From positions 7,689-71,688 of the forward strand of contig CAMTWB010000026.1 in the NCBI GenBank assembly GCA_947085375.1: 64,000 bases of DNA. The letters run 5' to 3'. Below are positions 53,619 through 61,883 of this stretch, in pieces; the first letter of the stretch is position 1; every line of letters begins with the position of its first letter. The notes beneath the pieces were generated by a model, which did not search any database, was not told the DNA's origin, and saw nothing but the letters and a program-made list of their open reading frames with translations. Both the position numbers and the translations under genes were made by a program. The stretch is from an uncultured delta proteobacterium. GTDB lineage: Bacteria > Desulfobacterota > Syntrophia > Syntrophales > CAMTWB01.

Positions 53619-55853
53619 TTACTTTGCCCGCCAGCCGCAATCGCTATTGTGGCAGACCAGTTTAACCGTTCCATCCCGGCTCTTTTTTTCCAGCAGAAAC
53701 GGCGCCTGACATTGGGGGCAAGCCTCGGCAACAGGCCGGTCCCAGATGGCGAATTTGCAGTCGGGATAGCGGGAGCAACTGTAAAAAGTCTTTCCCGTCT
53801 TACTTCTTTTTTGCGTCAGATAACCCCCGCATCCCTCCTCCGGGCAGTCCACGCCGGTGCTGATCGGACGAATACTCTTACATAACGGGTACGTGGAACA
53901 ACCGAGGAAATCGCCAAACCTTCCCTTTTTCACCGCCATCAACTGGCCGCAGATCGTACAAGGGATGTCCGTTAACTGCGGGGCTGGAGGCGGGCCATCG
54001 TTTGCCGGGGAGATATTTTTTTTATTTTTACACTGGGGATAATTAGCGCAGGCGGCAAACTTTCCCCAGCGGCTCATTTTTAACAACATCGGGCTTTGGC
54101 AGAGTTCACACACCTCACCGGTAGGAAGCGCCTCTTTCTTAATATTTCGCATAGTTTCTTTGGCCTTCAATAGATCCCGGGAAAAGCCGGTATAGAATTC
54201 CGTCAGCGTTTCCAAGCGATTTAACTTCCCTTCCGCGATCAGATCCAGCTTTTTTTCCATCTCGGCAGTAAAGGTCACATCCATAATCTGAGAGAAGTTA
54301 TCCTTAAGCTGTTGATTTACCAGTACGCCCAGTTCGGTAGGCATAAACCGCAACTGTTGAAGAATGACATACTGGCGATCCTGGATGGTGGAAAGGATGG
54401 CGGCGTAAGTGCTGGGCCGGCCGATGCCCTTCTCTTCGAGTTCCTTCACCAGCGTCGCTTCGGTGAAACGCGGGGGAGGCTGGGTGAATCGCTGCTCAGA
54501 CTTAAGCGCGATGAGGTTTAAAATTTCTCCTGGGGCAAGTTGCGGCAGGAGGGCGGCCAGACCGTTTTCATCGCCGTTTTCTTCTTTCCCCTCGGTATAA
54601 ACTGCCGTGAAGCCGGGAAATTTCATGACCTGACCCTGGGCGCGGAATTGACAATTGACAACATCAATGTCGATTGTAGTCTGATCGAAGATGGCGGGGT
54701 TCATCTGGCAGGCGATAAAGCGGTTCCAGATGAGCTGATAGAGCTTGAACTGGTCGGGCGTCAAGTGTCCTTTCAGGTCTGTCGGTTTGTATTGCCCGCT
54801 GGTGGGCCTTATGGCCTCGTGGGCATCCTGTGCGGCCTCCTGATTCCGGAAAAAACGGGGCTTTGCCGGCAGGTATTCGCTGCCGAAAGTCTCCCGGATC
54901 AGATCGCGGGCCGAATTAAGAGCATCATCGGCAATGCGGACCGAATCGGTTCGCATGTAGGTGATCAAGCCAACCGAACCTTCCGCCCCCAGCTCAACCC
55001 CTTCATATAATTTCTGGGCAATTTTCATGGTTTTACTTGGCGCAAACCGAAACCAACGGGAAGCCTCCTGCTGGAGTTTACTCGTGGTGAAGGGCGGGGG
55101 AGGGGACTTTTTGACTTCTTTTTGCTCCAGTTTCCGGACGATAAATGTTCCCTTTTCGATCCTGGCCCGAAGCTCTTCCGACTGAGCGCCGCTGGTAACC
55201 TTTGATTTCCGGCCGTCAATTTTTATCAGCTTGGCCTCGAAGGAAGGTGGTGCCGAAGCTTCCAGGGTGGCGGTCATGTTCCAGTATTCTTCCGCCACGA
55301 AAGCGGCAATCTCTTCTTCCCGGTCGCAGATGATTCTCACCGCAACCGACTGGACCCGGCCGGCACTCAAACCCCGCCTGACCTTTTCCCACAACAGCGG
55401 GCTGATCTGGTATCCCACCAGCCGATCCAGTATCCGTCTGGTCTGCTGGGCCTCGTATTTGTTGAAATCCAGCTTCTGAGGATTGGCGATGGCCTGAAGA
55501 ATCGTAGCACGGGACAAGTCGTTGAACAGCACCCGGTAAATATTTTTGCCTTTCCCCTGGAGGTCTTCCGCTATATGCCAGGCGATGGCCTCGCCCTCCC
55601 GGTCGGGGTCGGGCGCAAGATAGATGTTGGAGACATTTTGGGCCGCTTTCTTCAGACCGGCCATCACCTTTTTCTTGGCTTCGATAACTTCATAGGAAGG
55701 GGTAAAGCCGGCTTCCACGTCAATCCCCAACTTGCTTTTCGGTAGGTCCTTAACGTGGCCTACGGAGGCCATGATGCTGTATTCGGAACCGAGATGTTTT
55801 CCAATAGTTTTTATCTTAGCAGGAGATTCAACTATTACAAGTCCTTGCGACAT
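53619..55853 (-). CDS. topA: DNA topoisomerase I
   Basis: Toprim domain LVIVESPAKIKTIGKHLG. Active-site region ITYMRTDS. C-terminal CxxC zinc-ribbon repeats. Confidence 0.95.
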   Translation of the reverse strand: MSQGLVIVESPAKIKTIGKHLGSEYSIMASVGHVKDLPKSKLGIDVEAGFTPSYEVIEAKKKVMAGLKKAAQNVSNIYLAPDPDREGEAIAWHIAEDLQGKGKNIYRVLFNDLSRATILQAIANPQKLDFNKYEAQQTRRILDRLVGYQISPLLWEKVRRGLSAGRVQSVAVRIICDREEEIAAFVAEEYWNMTATLEASAPPSFEAKLIKIDGRKSKVTSGAQSEELRARIEKGTFIVRKLEQKEVKKSPPPPFTTSKLQQEASRWFRFAPSKTMKIAQKLYEGVELGAEGSVGLITYMRTDSVRIADDALNSARDLIRETFGSEYLPAKPRFFRNQEAAQDAHEAIRPTSGQYKPTDLKGHLTPDQFKLYQLIWNRFIACQMNPAIFDQTTIDIDVVNCQFRAQGQVMKFPGFTAVYTEGKEENGDENGLAALLPQLAPGEILNLIALKSEQRFTQPPPRFTEATLVKELEEKGIGRPSTYAAILSTIQDRQYVILQQLRFMPTELGVLVNQQLKDNFSQIMDVTFTAEMEKKLDLIAEGKLNRLETLTEFYTGFSRDLLKAKETMRNIKKEALPTGEVCELCQSPMLLKMSRWGKFAACANYPQCKNKKNISPANDGPPPAPQLTDIPCTICGQLMAVKKGRFGDFLGCSTYPLCKSIRPISTGVDCPEEGCGGYLTQKRSKTGKTFYSCSRYPDCKFAIWDRPVAEACPQCQAPFLLEKKSRDGTVKLVCHNSDCGWRAK

Positions 55854-55857
55854 ATAT

Positions 55858-57003
55858 TCAATCCTTTACCTTATAGTTATTTCCCGGCAGTTTCAGAATC
55901 AGCCCTTGGAGTTCCAGGGATAAAAGGCCCGGCTGAAGGGAAGAGAGGGCAATTCCGCTGGCTGCTGCCAGTTCGTCAATATGGAGGGGCTTGAGGGACA
56001 AAAGTTTCAGTATTGCCGACTGCGCAGGATCCATTGTTGAAAACTCAGGGAGGGGAGTGGGTTTGTCGGGATTAGTTAATTCAGAATTCTTTTTTGCGGC
56101 GAAAATGACAGGGGGCGTCTGATTGGAAATCTGCGGCAATATCTCGGCGATAATATCACGGGCAGATTCCACCAGCCTGGCTCCATCGCGGATTAACTTA
56201 TGAGTTCCCCGGGATCCGGAGGCGTCAATTGCCCCGGGCACGGCAAAGACCTCCCGTCCCTGTTCAAGGGCGAATCGAGCAGTGATGAGGGAGCCGCTTT
56301 TGTCGCCCGCCTCAACGACTACGACTCCATAGGACATGCCGCTGATGATCCGATTTCTGGCGGGGAAATTAAGCCGGTGCGGTGGTGTGCCCAACGGGTA
56401 TTCGGAGATAATTGCCCCCTGTTCGGGAATCAATTCATAGAGGCGGGAATTTTCCGGGGGATAGACAATGTCTATGCCGCAACCCAGAACCGCAATGGTG
56501 CGACCACGGGCCGACAAGGCCCCGCGGTGTGCAGCGGAGTCTATCCCCCGGGCCAAGCCGCTAACGACGGTTATTCCGCTTAAGGCCAACTCCCGGCTGA
56601 GCTTTTCTGTGGTGAACCGGCCATAGGGGCTAGCCAGCCGCGAGCCCACCAGGGCAATGGCTATCTCGCCTGCTGTAAGAGTTCCTTTCACGTAGAGAAA
56701 GGGAGGGAAGTCGTAAATTTGCAGCAGATTTTGCGGATATAGCGGGTCCTGGCAGGTCACCAGACATGAACGGAATTTTTCGAGCTGCTTAAGCTCGTTT
56801 TCGGCCTTGTCCCACTGGTCAAAGGCCAGAATCTGCCGTGCCGTGACTTCGCCTATTGCCGGAATGGCTGTTAAGCGGTGCAATGATGATTTGAATACCT
56901 GCCGGGGACTGCCCAGCGCGTCCAGCAGGTTGCGGAAAACGGTGTTTCCCACCCCGGGGACGGCTTTCAGGGCGATCCAGCAAGCAAGATCATGATGTTC
57001 CAT
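55858..57003 (-). CDS. dprA: DNA-processing protein DprA
   Basis: IALVGSRLASPYG...VVSGLARGIDSAAHRGAL...TIAVLGCGIDIVYPPEN is the DprA Rossmann-like core. Confidence 0.9.
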   Translation of the reverse strand: MEHHDLACWIALKAVPGVGNTVFRNLLDALGSPRQVFKSSLHRLTAIPAIGEVTARQILAFDQWDKAENELKQLEKFRSCLVTCQDPLYPQNLLQIYDFPPFLYVKGTLTAGEIAIALVGSRLASPYGRFTTEKLSRELALSGITVVSGLARGIDSAAHRGALSARGRTIAVLGCGIDIVYPPENSRLYELIPEQGAIISEYPLGTPPHRLNFPARNRIISGMSYGVVVVEAGDKSGSLITARFALEQGREVFAVPGAIDASGSRGTHKLIRDGARLVESARDIIAEILPQISNQTPPVIFAAKKNSELTNPDKPTPLPEFSTMDPAQSAILKLLSLKPLHIDELAAASGIALSSLQPGLLSLELQGLILKLPGNNYKVKD

Positions 57004-57114
57004 GATTATTTTCCTTAAGGAATGATGACTTTTGACGAGGTCCTCAACAAAGGTTTTTGAGATGGATGCACTTATATCGAAGCGCCAAGGGGTGTCAAGA
57101 TATTTTGCCGGGTC

Positions 57115-57262
57115 AAAGTAAAGATTCAGTTATGGGTGGGCAGGTTCAAACGTTATGACCTCGTCCCCTCAGCACCCCGGAAGGGGGCAGGGAGAGGGGG
57201 GTCTTTCTGGCTTTCAGTGCTCCTACAATTAACTTCCCCCCTCAAGACTGAATCTTTACTTT
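57115..57262. repeat. 148-bp segment bounded by a perfect 16-bp inverted repeat
   Basis: AAAGTAAAGATTCAGT (57115-57130) and ACTGAATCTTTACTTT (57247-57262). The interior carries G-box sequence (GGGGGCAGGGAGAGGGGGG). Confidence 0.7.
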
Positions 57263-57332
57263 CCCACCGGGAATCCTGTTGCAATCTATTTTCCTTTGGG
57301 ATACATTTTTGCACTGAAAAAAAGGAGAAGAT

Positions 57333-58616
57333 ATGAATAAAATGGCCATCCACGCCGCCGTCATGGTTTTTTTATCTTACTTTTATCTACCAGCGGCTGC
57401 GATTTCAAGCGATACGAACCAACCTTTTGGCAAGGGCAATGGAAGAACGCCGGTTGGCCCAGTTCTGTCGGTCAATCCCACCACAATTGATCTGGGTGCA
57501 GTTGCCATCGGCGAAAAGATTACCGGACAGATAAAGATACGCAATACCGGAACGGAAGTCCTGCGCTGGACGGCGGCGATCCCCGCTAAGCCCCAGATTA
57601 ATCCTGTGAATGCTGCAAAGGACGGCAGATTTATCTCCTTTCAAAACCGGAACGTGGCGGCAACAGGAGTTTATCTGCCTCCTGCCCACATCCGGGAACA
57701 GCTGGATGTTACCGGTAGGTGGTCTGAGGAAGATGGCTACCCGCTTGGCCTACCCCCCTCGGCTACCCTCAGGTTTCGCTTTTCCGGACCCGCCGTTACG
57801 TTAGTAAACATGCGGAAGTCAGAAGAGGGAGCTCTGGCGGTTTTGATTGATGACCAGCCCATTATCTTCCCCCGCGATCATGAGGAGGGAAGCGGGTACC
57901 TCGATCCGCATATGATTCAAGGCTTGTCTGACACCCAGCATACCCTTACCGTTATCAGCAGGGATGCCCAATTTATCATGGAAGGCGTAAAGACGTTCGG
58001 CCGGGAATCGAGCAGGTTCCCGGCAGGAGCAGTCAGGGTATTTCCCCGCAGCGGTATAACCACCCGCGAGACAGACTATCTGACAATCAGCATAGACACT
58101 CGCAACCTCAACCCTGGCCTGTATTTGGAATATCTGGAGCTTTCCTCCAACTCCGGCCAGGAAACGGTATTGATGTACTGCGACGTTTTTTCAACGGGAG
58201 GAACCAAACTCCTTGATGTTTATCGCTATGTTAAAGATAGGGAGTACCTGTTTACGACAAATCTCCAGGCGGACGGCAAAAAGATATTTGTCAACGGCTA
58301 CGCGAACCAGGGAATCGCCTTTCAGCTTTTCCCGCCTGGCGCTCCCGGCACTACAGAATTTTTCCGCTGGTATAATCCGCATAAGGCGGACTATTTCTAT
58401 TCCTATCAGCGTCAGGGAGGAAGCAAATTACTTTCCGGCTACATCTTTGAGGGCGCCATCGGCAATATTGCCACCTCCCGGATTGCCGGCGCACGCCCCC
58501 TGCACCGCTGGCTCAACAAAAAGACGGGACGTTACTTTTTTACCGTGGATCCTAAAGGCGAAGATATTAATAAACACGGCTACAGTTACGACGGAATTGC
58601 CGGATTCGTCAGGTAA
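57333..58616 (+). CDS. secreted protein with Ig-like N-domain and three C-terminal aromatic repeats
   Basis: Signal peptide MNKMAIHAAVMVFLSYFYLPAAA. LSVNPTTIDLGAVAIGEKITGQIKIRNTGTEVLRW resembles choice-of-anchor-D/ASH-type Ig domains. Three Y/F-rich repeats (YRYVKDREYLFT, FFRWYNPHKADYFYS, LHRWLNKKTGRYFFT). Confidence 0.7.
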   Translation: MNKMAIHAAVMVFLSYFYLPAAAISSDTNQPFGKGNGRTPVGPVLSVNPTTIDLGAVAIGEKITGQIKIRNTGTEVLRWTAAIPAKPQINPVNAAKDGRFISFQNRNVAATGVYLPPAHIREQLDVTGRWSEEDGYPLGLPPSATLRFRFSGPAVTLVNMRKSEEGALAVLIDDQPIIFPRDHEEGSGYLDPHMIQGLSDTQHTLTVISRDAQFIMEGVKTFGRESSRFPAGAVRVFPRSGITTRETDYLTISIDTRNLNPGLYLEYLELSSNSGQETVLMYCDVFSTGGTKLLDVYRYVKDREYLFTTNLQADGKKIFVNGYANQGIAFQLFPPGAPGTTEFFRWYNPHKADYFYSYQRQGGSKLLSGYIFEGAIGNIATSRIAGARPLHRWLNKKTGRYFFTVDPKGEDINKHGYSYDGIAGFVR

Positions 58617-58683
58617 GGTGAAGCGGTATAAAGCGCCTTCAGGCAAGGCGTGCAAATGAAGTGCTGGCTTCCGTAGGTGTGCG

Positions 58684-58855
58684 ACAAATTTATGGGTAGA
58701 GCGGGTTTTCTCCCCTCTTTAACAAAGAGGGGTCAGGGGAAATTTGACGGACAATAAATAACTTTCTGATTTTATTGCAAATCACCACTGCCACCCTTTT
58801 CGAAAGGGGGGTGAGTCTCTGCGTAAATACGATACCCACATTTTTGTCGCAGACC
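58684..58855 (-). repeat. R-type repeat, copy 2 (inverted relative to copy 1)
   Basis: AAATTTATGGGTAGAGCGGGTTTTCTCCCCTC...ACCCACATTTTTGTCGCAGACC aligns with the reverse complement of 52130..52300. Confidence 0.85.
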
Positions 58856-58928
58856 TGGCTTCCGTTTTCGGCTTGACAAAAAATGGGAGAGAATATAGAA
58901 GCACATTTCCTGATTAAGATTTACTTGG

Positions 58929-59005
<77 letters not shown>

Positions 59006-59009
59006 TAAT

Positions 59010-59087
59010 GGTGGGTGTAGCTCAGCTGGTTAGAGTGCCGGGTTGTGGCCCCGGAGGTCGAGGGTTCGAATCCCTTCACTCACCCCA
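59010..59087 (+). tRNA. tRNA-His (anticodon GTG)
   Basis: Extra 5' G(-1), acceptor GTGGGTG/CACTCAC, anticodon arm CCGGG-TTGTGGC-CCCGG, T-loop GGTTCGAATCC, encoded CCA. Confidence 0.9.
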
Positions 59088-59104
59088 TTATTTCATCTTA
59101 CCAA

Positions 59105-59181
59105 GCGCCCGTAGCTCAGCTGGATAGAGTGGCAGACTTCGAATCTGCAAGTCGTAGGTTCGAATCCTACCGGGCGCGCCA
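59105..59181 (+). tRNA. tRNA-Arg (anticodon TCG)
   Basis: Acceptor GCGCCCG/CGGGCGC, anticodon arm GCAGA-CTTCGAA-TCTGC, T-loop GGTTCGAATCC, encoded CCA. Confidence 0.9.
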
Positions 59182-59478
59182 TATTCCCCTTGAAAAATCA
59201 AGTGGTTACCTTTTTGGTTTCGTCCGTCGCCAACAGGAATTCTGGAGCGACGAGAAGCTTGCGCTCGTCCCGCGAGAGGCGCGCCTGACCTTCGCGCGGC
59301 TCTGGACCTGCTCCGACGACTACGGCATCACCAAGTGGCCCCGGCCTGGCTCAAGGCGGGAGCCCGTAGGGTGCGTTAGCGCGGCGTAAAGCCTTGCCTC
59401 GCACCAAAACAAAAATCAAAAGCCTTGTCTTATAATCCGCATTCCGATATTCTGAATTCAGATTAATTAAGGAGGTGC

Positions 59479-59770
59479 ATGATGGACAGCGCAAAAGCGG
59501 CGGTAGCGGAGATCAAATCCCGCGGTCAGCTTACGATTCCCAAAAAGATACGTGAAATGACCCGTCTGGAGGAAGGTTAGCTTCTTTCCATTATCCCGAT
59601 AGGAGATGCGTTGATTGTCACCCCGAGGCGCCTGGAAATGGACGACGCGCGACGGGAGGTCGGGAAGCTGCTCAAGGGCCGCTAATATGACCGTCGAGGA
59701 GCTCTTGGAATCCTTTAAGGAGGAAAGAGGAGGGCTATATCAGGATACCTATGGAAAAATATCCGATTAA
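59479..59770 (+). pseudogene. decayed AbrB/MazE/SpoVT-type antitoxin gene
   Basis: GGAGG then ATG. RGQLTIPKKIREMTRLEEG, then an in-frame TAG (59578-59580), then LLSIIPIGDALIVTPRRLE. The remaining C-terminal part (MTVEELLESFKEERGGLYQDTYG) is in another frame. No toxin gene follows. Confidence 0.6.
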
Positions 59771-59851
59771 GGTCTCCTCCCGCTGGTTCAATCTGCAAGA
59801 TTGAACCAGCGGGAGGCAAAAAATATCTGTCCCCTTTTCCTCCCCTGGCAT

Positions 59852-61741
59852 TTACATCCACCGGTCTGAGCGGGCCTTGGCTTCGTATTCTTCGCGCAGG
59901 GCAATCTGGGTGGCTTCAGCGATGTCCTCGACCCTTTTAACCCAGTCCTCGAATTTAATATCTACCCCGAAAATACCAGCGATTTCGTCCTTGTCGTCAG
60001 TGATAGGGGCCGAAGCGGTGATACAAAGGGCGCCGGTCATTTTGGAAATGTAGAAATTGGTAACGTGCATCTTCCCCGTCTGCATGGGTTTGATGAACCA
60101 CTCACGGTCCGACTGATCAGTGCCCACCCCATAGTTTTCATACTTAGCCCGATCGGTGATGTTGGTGATGTTCTTCGTGGTCTTCTTCCCGTTGGTATTA
60201 ACCACATAGGCAAACTGGATGGATGGATTTTCCTCGATCATCTTCTGCATTACCGGTTCCTGCAGTTCGGGCTTCATAGTTTTCATTACCGGATGCTCGA
60301 TCACCTGGCTCACAACGGATATGGCGGCCTCGGCGGCCCTCATCTTGATCTTGTCCAGTTCGGACATGAAGAGTTCCGGGATATACTTGCGCACCAGCCT
60401 GTCCATTTCTTCATGGGAAATACTGGTTACCCGTCCGCTTTCGTATTGTTCAGTCACCCATTTATGGATTTTTGAGACACCCGGATGCCGTTTATCCACC
60501 TCAACTTCACTCCTAAGACCCAAGCGCTGGTTTATCCAGTATACAATGCCGGACTTGCCGGATTTGTCGGTAATCGTGGCAATTATCGGCCGCTTCAATA
60601 TCAGTCTGGTATCGAAGATATTGTATATTTCCTCGTTTTTGATGAGACCGTCGATGTGTACGCCGGCCATAGTGACGTTGAAATCGGCGCCGACAAAGGG
60701 AGTAGCGGGTGGAATCTTCACCCCCACTTCCTTTTCAAAGTATTCGGCGATATCCGTAATTACACAGGTATCTATTCCATTTGTTTTACCAAGCAGACTG
60801 ATATATTCGATGATCAGGGCTTCTATCGGCGGATTGCCGGTTCGCTCTCCCATTCCCAGCAAGGTGGAGTTGGCGGCGGAGCAGCCATAAAGCCAGGCGG
60901 TGACGGCGTTCACCAGGGCCTTGTAAAAATCGTTATGGCCATGCCATTCCAAGAGCTGCCCGGGTACGCCGGCATCATCGATAAATGCCCGCACCAGCTT
61001 ATCCACACTCCGGGGCAGGGCGGCACCGGGATAGTTGACACCGTAGCCCAGTGTATCGCAAAGGCGGATCTTGATGTCGATGCCGCTCTCTTCCCGAAGC
61101 TTCATTAATTCGATGGCAAAGGGGATGCAAAAGCCGTAGATATCGGCTCTGGTAAGATCCTCGAGATGACAGCGGGGCGTTATCCCTGCCTCCAGGATTG
61201 AGCGGACAATCTTCAGGTAATCCGCGAGTGCCTCAGCTCGGTTCTTCCCCATCTTAAGATAGATATGATAGTCCGATGCGGACGTTAGGATGCCGGTTTC
61301 CCTGAGGCCCGCATTCTTAACCAGTTGGACGTCATCGCTGTTTGCCCTGATCCAGCCGGTTATTTCCGGGAATTTAAGGCCCAGTTCCCGGCATTTATCA
61401 ACCGCCTCCCGATCCTTGTTACTGTACAAGAAAAATTCGGTCTGACGGATTACACCGTTTGGACCGCCTAAGGCGCCCATTAATTTATAAAGAGCCACAA
61501 TCTGGTTAACTGTATAGGGAGGCCGGGCCTGCTGGCCGTCGCGGAAGGTGGTGTCGGTAATAAAGATTTCTTCCGGCGGCCTGATGGAAAGAAGCTTATG
61601 ATCGAAATCGATCCGGCTGACATCGCTGTAGGGAAACACGTCCTTCTGGAGATTTGGCTCGACTACGTTTATTAGGCCGTACTTCCAGTGGGGGCTGTGT
61701 TCGTGATCAAGTACTCTTAAGTCTTTGTTCCAGCGGGGCAT
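59852..61741 (-). CDS. HMGL-family synthase (isopropylmalate/homocitrate/Re-citrate synthase-like) fused to a C-terminal Cache/PAS-like domain
   Basis: ITDTTFRDGQQ catalytic motif, TIM-barrel core through HGHNDF. The C-terminal ~170 aa (FAYVVNTNGKK...DREWFIKPMQTGKMHVTNFYISKMTGALCITASAPITDDKDEIAGIFGVDIKF) has a Cache-like pattern. Confidence 0.8.
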   Translation of the reverse strand: MPRWNKDLRVLDHEHSPHWKYGLINVVEPNLQKDVFPYSDVSRIDFDHKLLSIRPPEEIFITDTTFRDGQQARPPYTVNQIVALYKLMGALGGPNGVIRQTEFFLYSNKDREAVDKCRELGLKFPEITGWIRANSDDVQLVKNAGLRETGILTSASDYHIYLKMGKNRAEALADYLKIVRSILEAGITPRCHLEDLTRADIYGFCIPFAIELMKLREESGIDIKIRLCDTLGYGVNYPGAALPRSVDKLVRAFIDDAGVPGQLLEWHGHNDFYKALVNAVTAWLYGCSAANSTLLGMGERTGNPPIEALIIEYISLLGKTNGIDTCVITDIAEYFEKEVGVKIPPATPFVGADFNVTMAGVHIDGLIKNEEIYNIFDTRLILKRPIIATITDKSGKSGIVYWINQRLGLRSEVEVDKRHPGVSKIHKWVTEQYESGRVTSISHEEMDRLVRKYIPELFMSELDKIKMRAAEAAISVVSQVIEHPVMKTMKPELQEPVMQKMIEENPSIQFAYVVNTNGKKTTKNITNITDRAKYENYGVGTDQSDREWFIKPMQTGKMHVTNFYISKMTGALCITASAPITDDKDEIAGIFGVDIKFEDWVKRVEDIAEATQIALREEYEAKARSDRWM

Positions 61742-61883
61742 TTATATGTCCTCCTTTATAGAAAGCCTCAAGGTTTTAGACTTCGTGAAAAGCCGGCCAG
61801 GGATGCGTGTCCCCATACCGCCTTGGTTGCTAACCTAAATTAAACTTCAAGTTTTTTCAACTATATTATGCCAGCAGTATCTT

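Noticed and set aside
59045-59389. 114-aa ORF spanning tRNA-His and tRNA-Arg.
   Set aside because: Its first two-thirds are tRNA genes read as protein. Only the last ~50 codons look protein-like, and these are treated as a gene fragment in the findings.
59578-59580. Whether the in-frame TAG in the antitoxin-like gene is a pyrrolysine or read-through codon.
   Set aside because: The gene also has a downstream frame disruption and lacks a partner toxin. No pyl genes are present in the window. Simple decay is the economical explanation.
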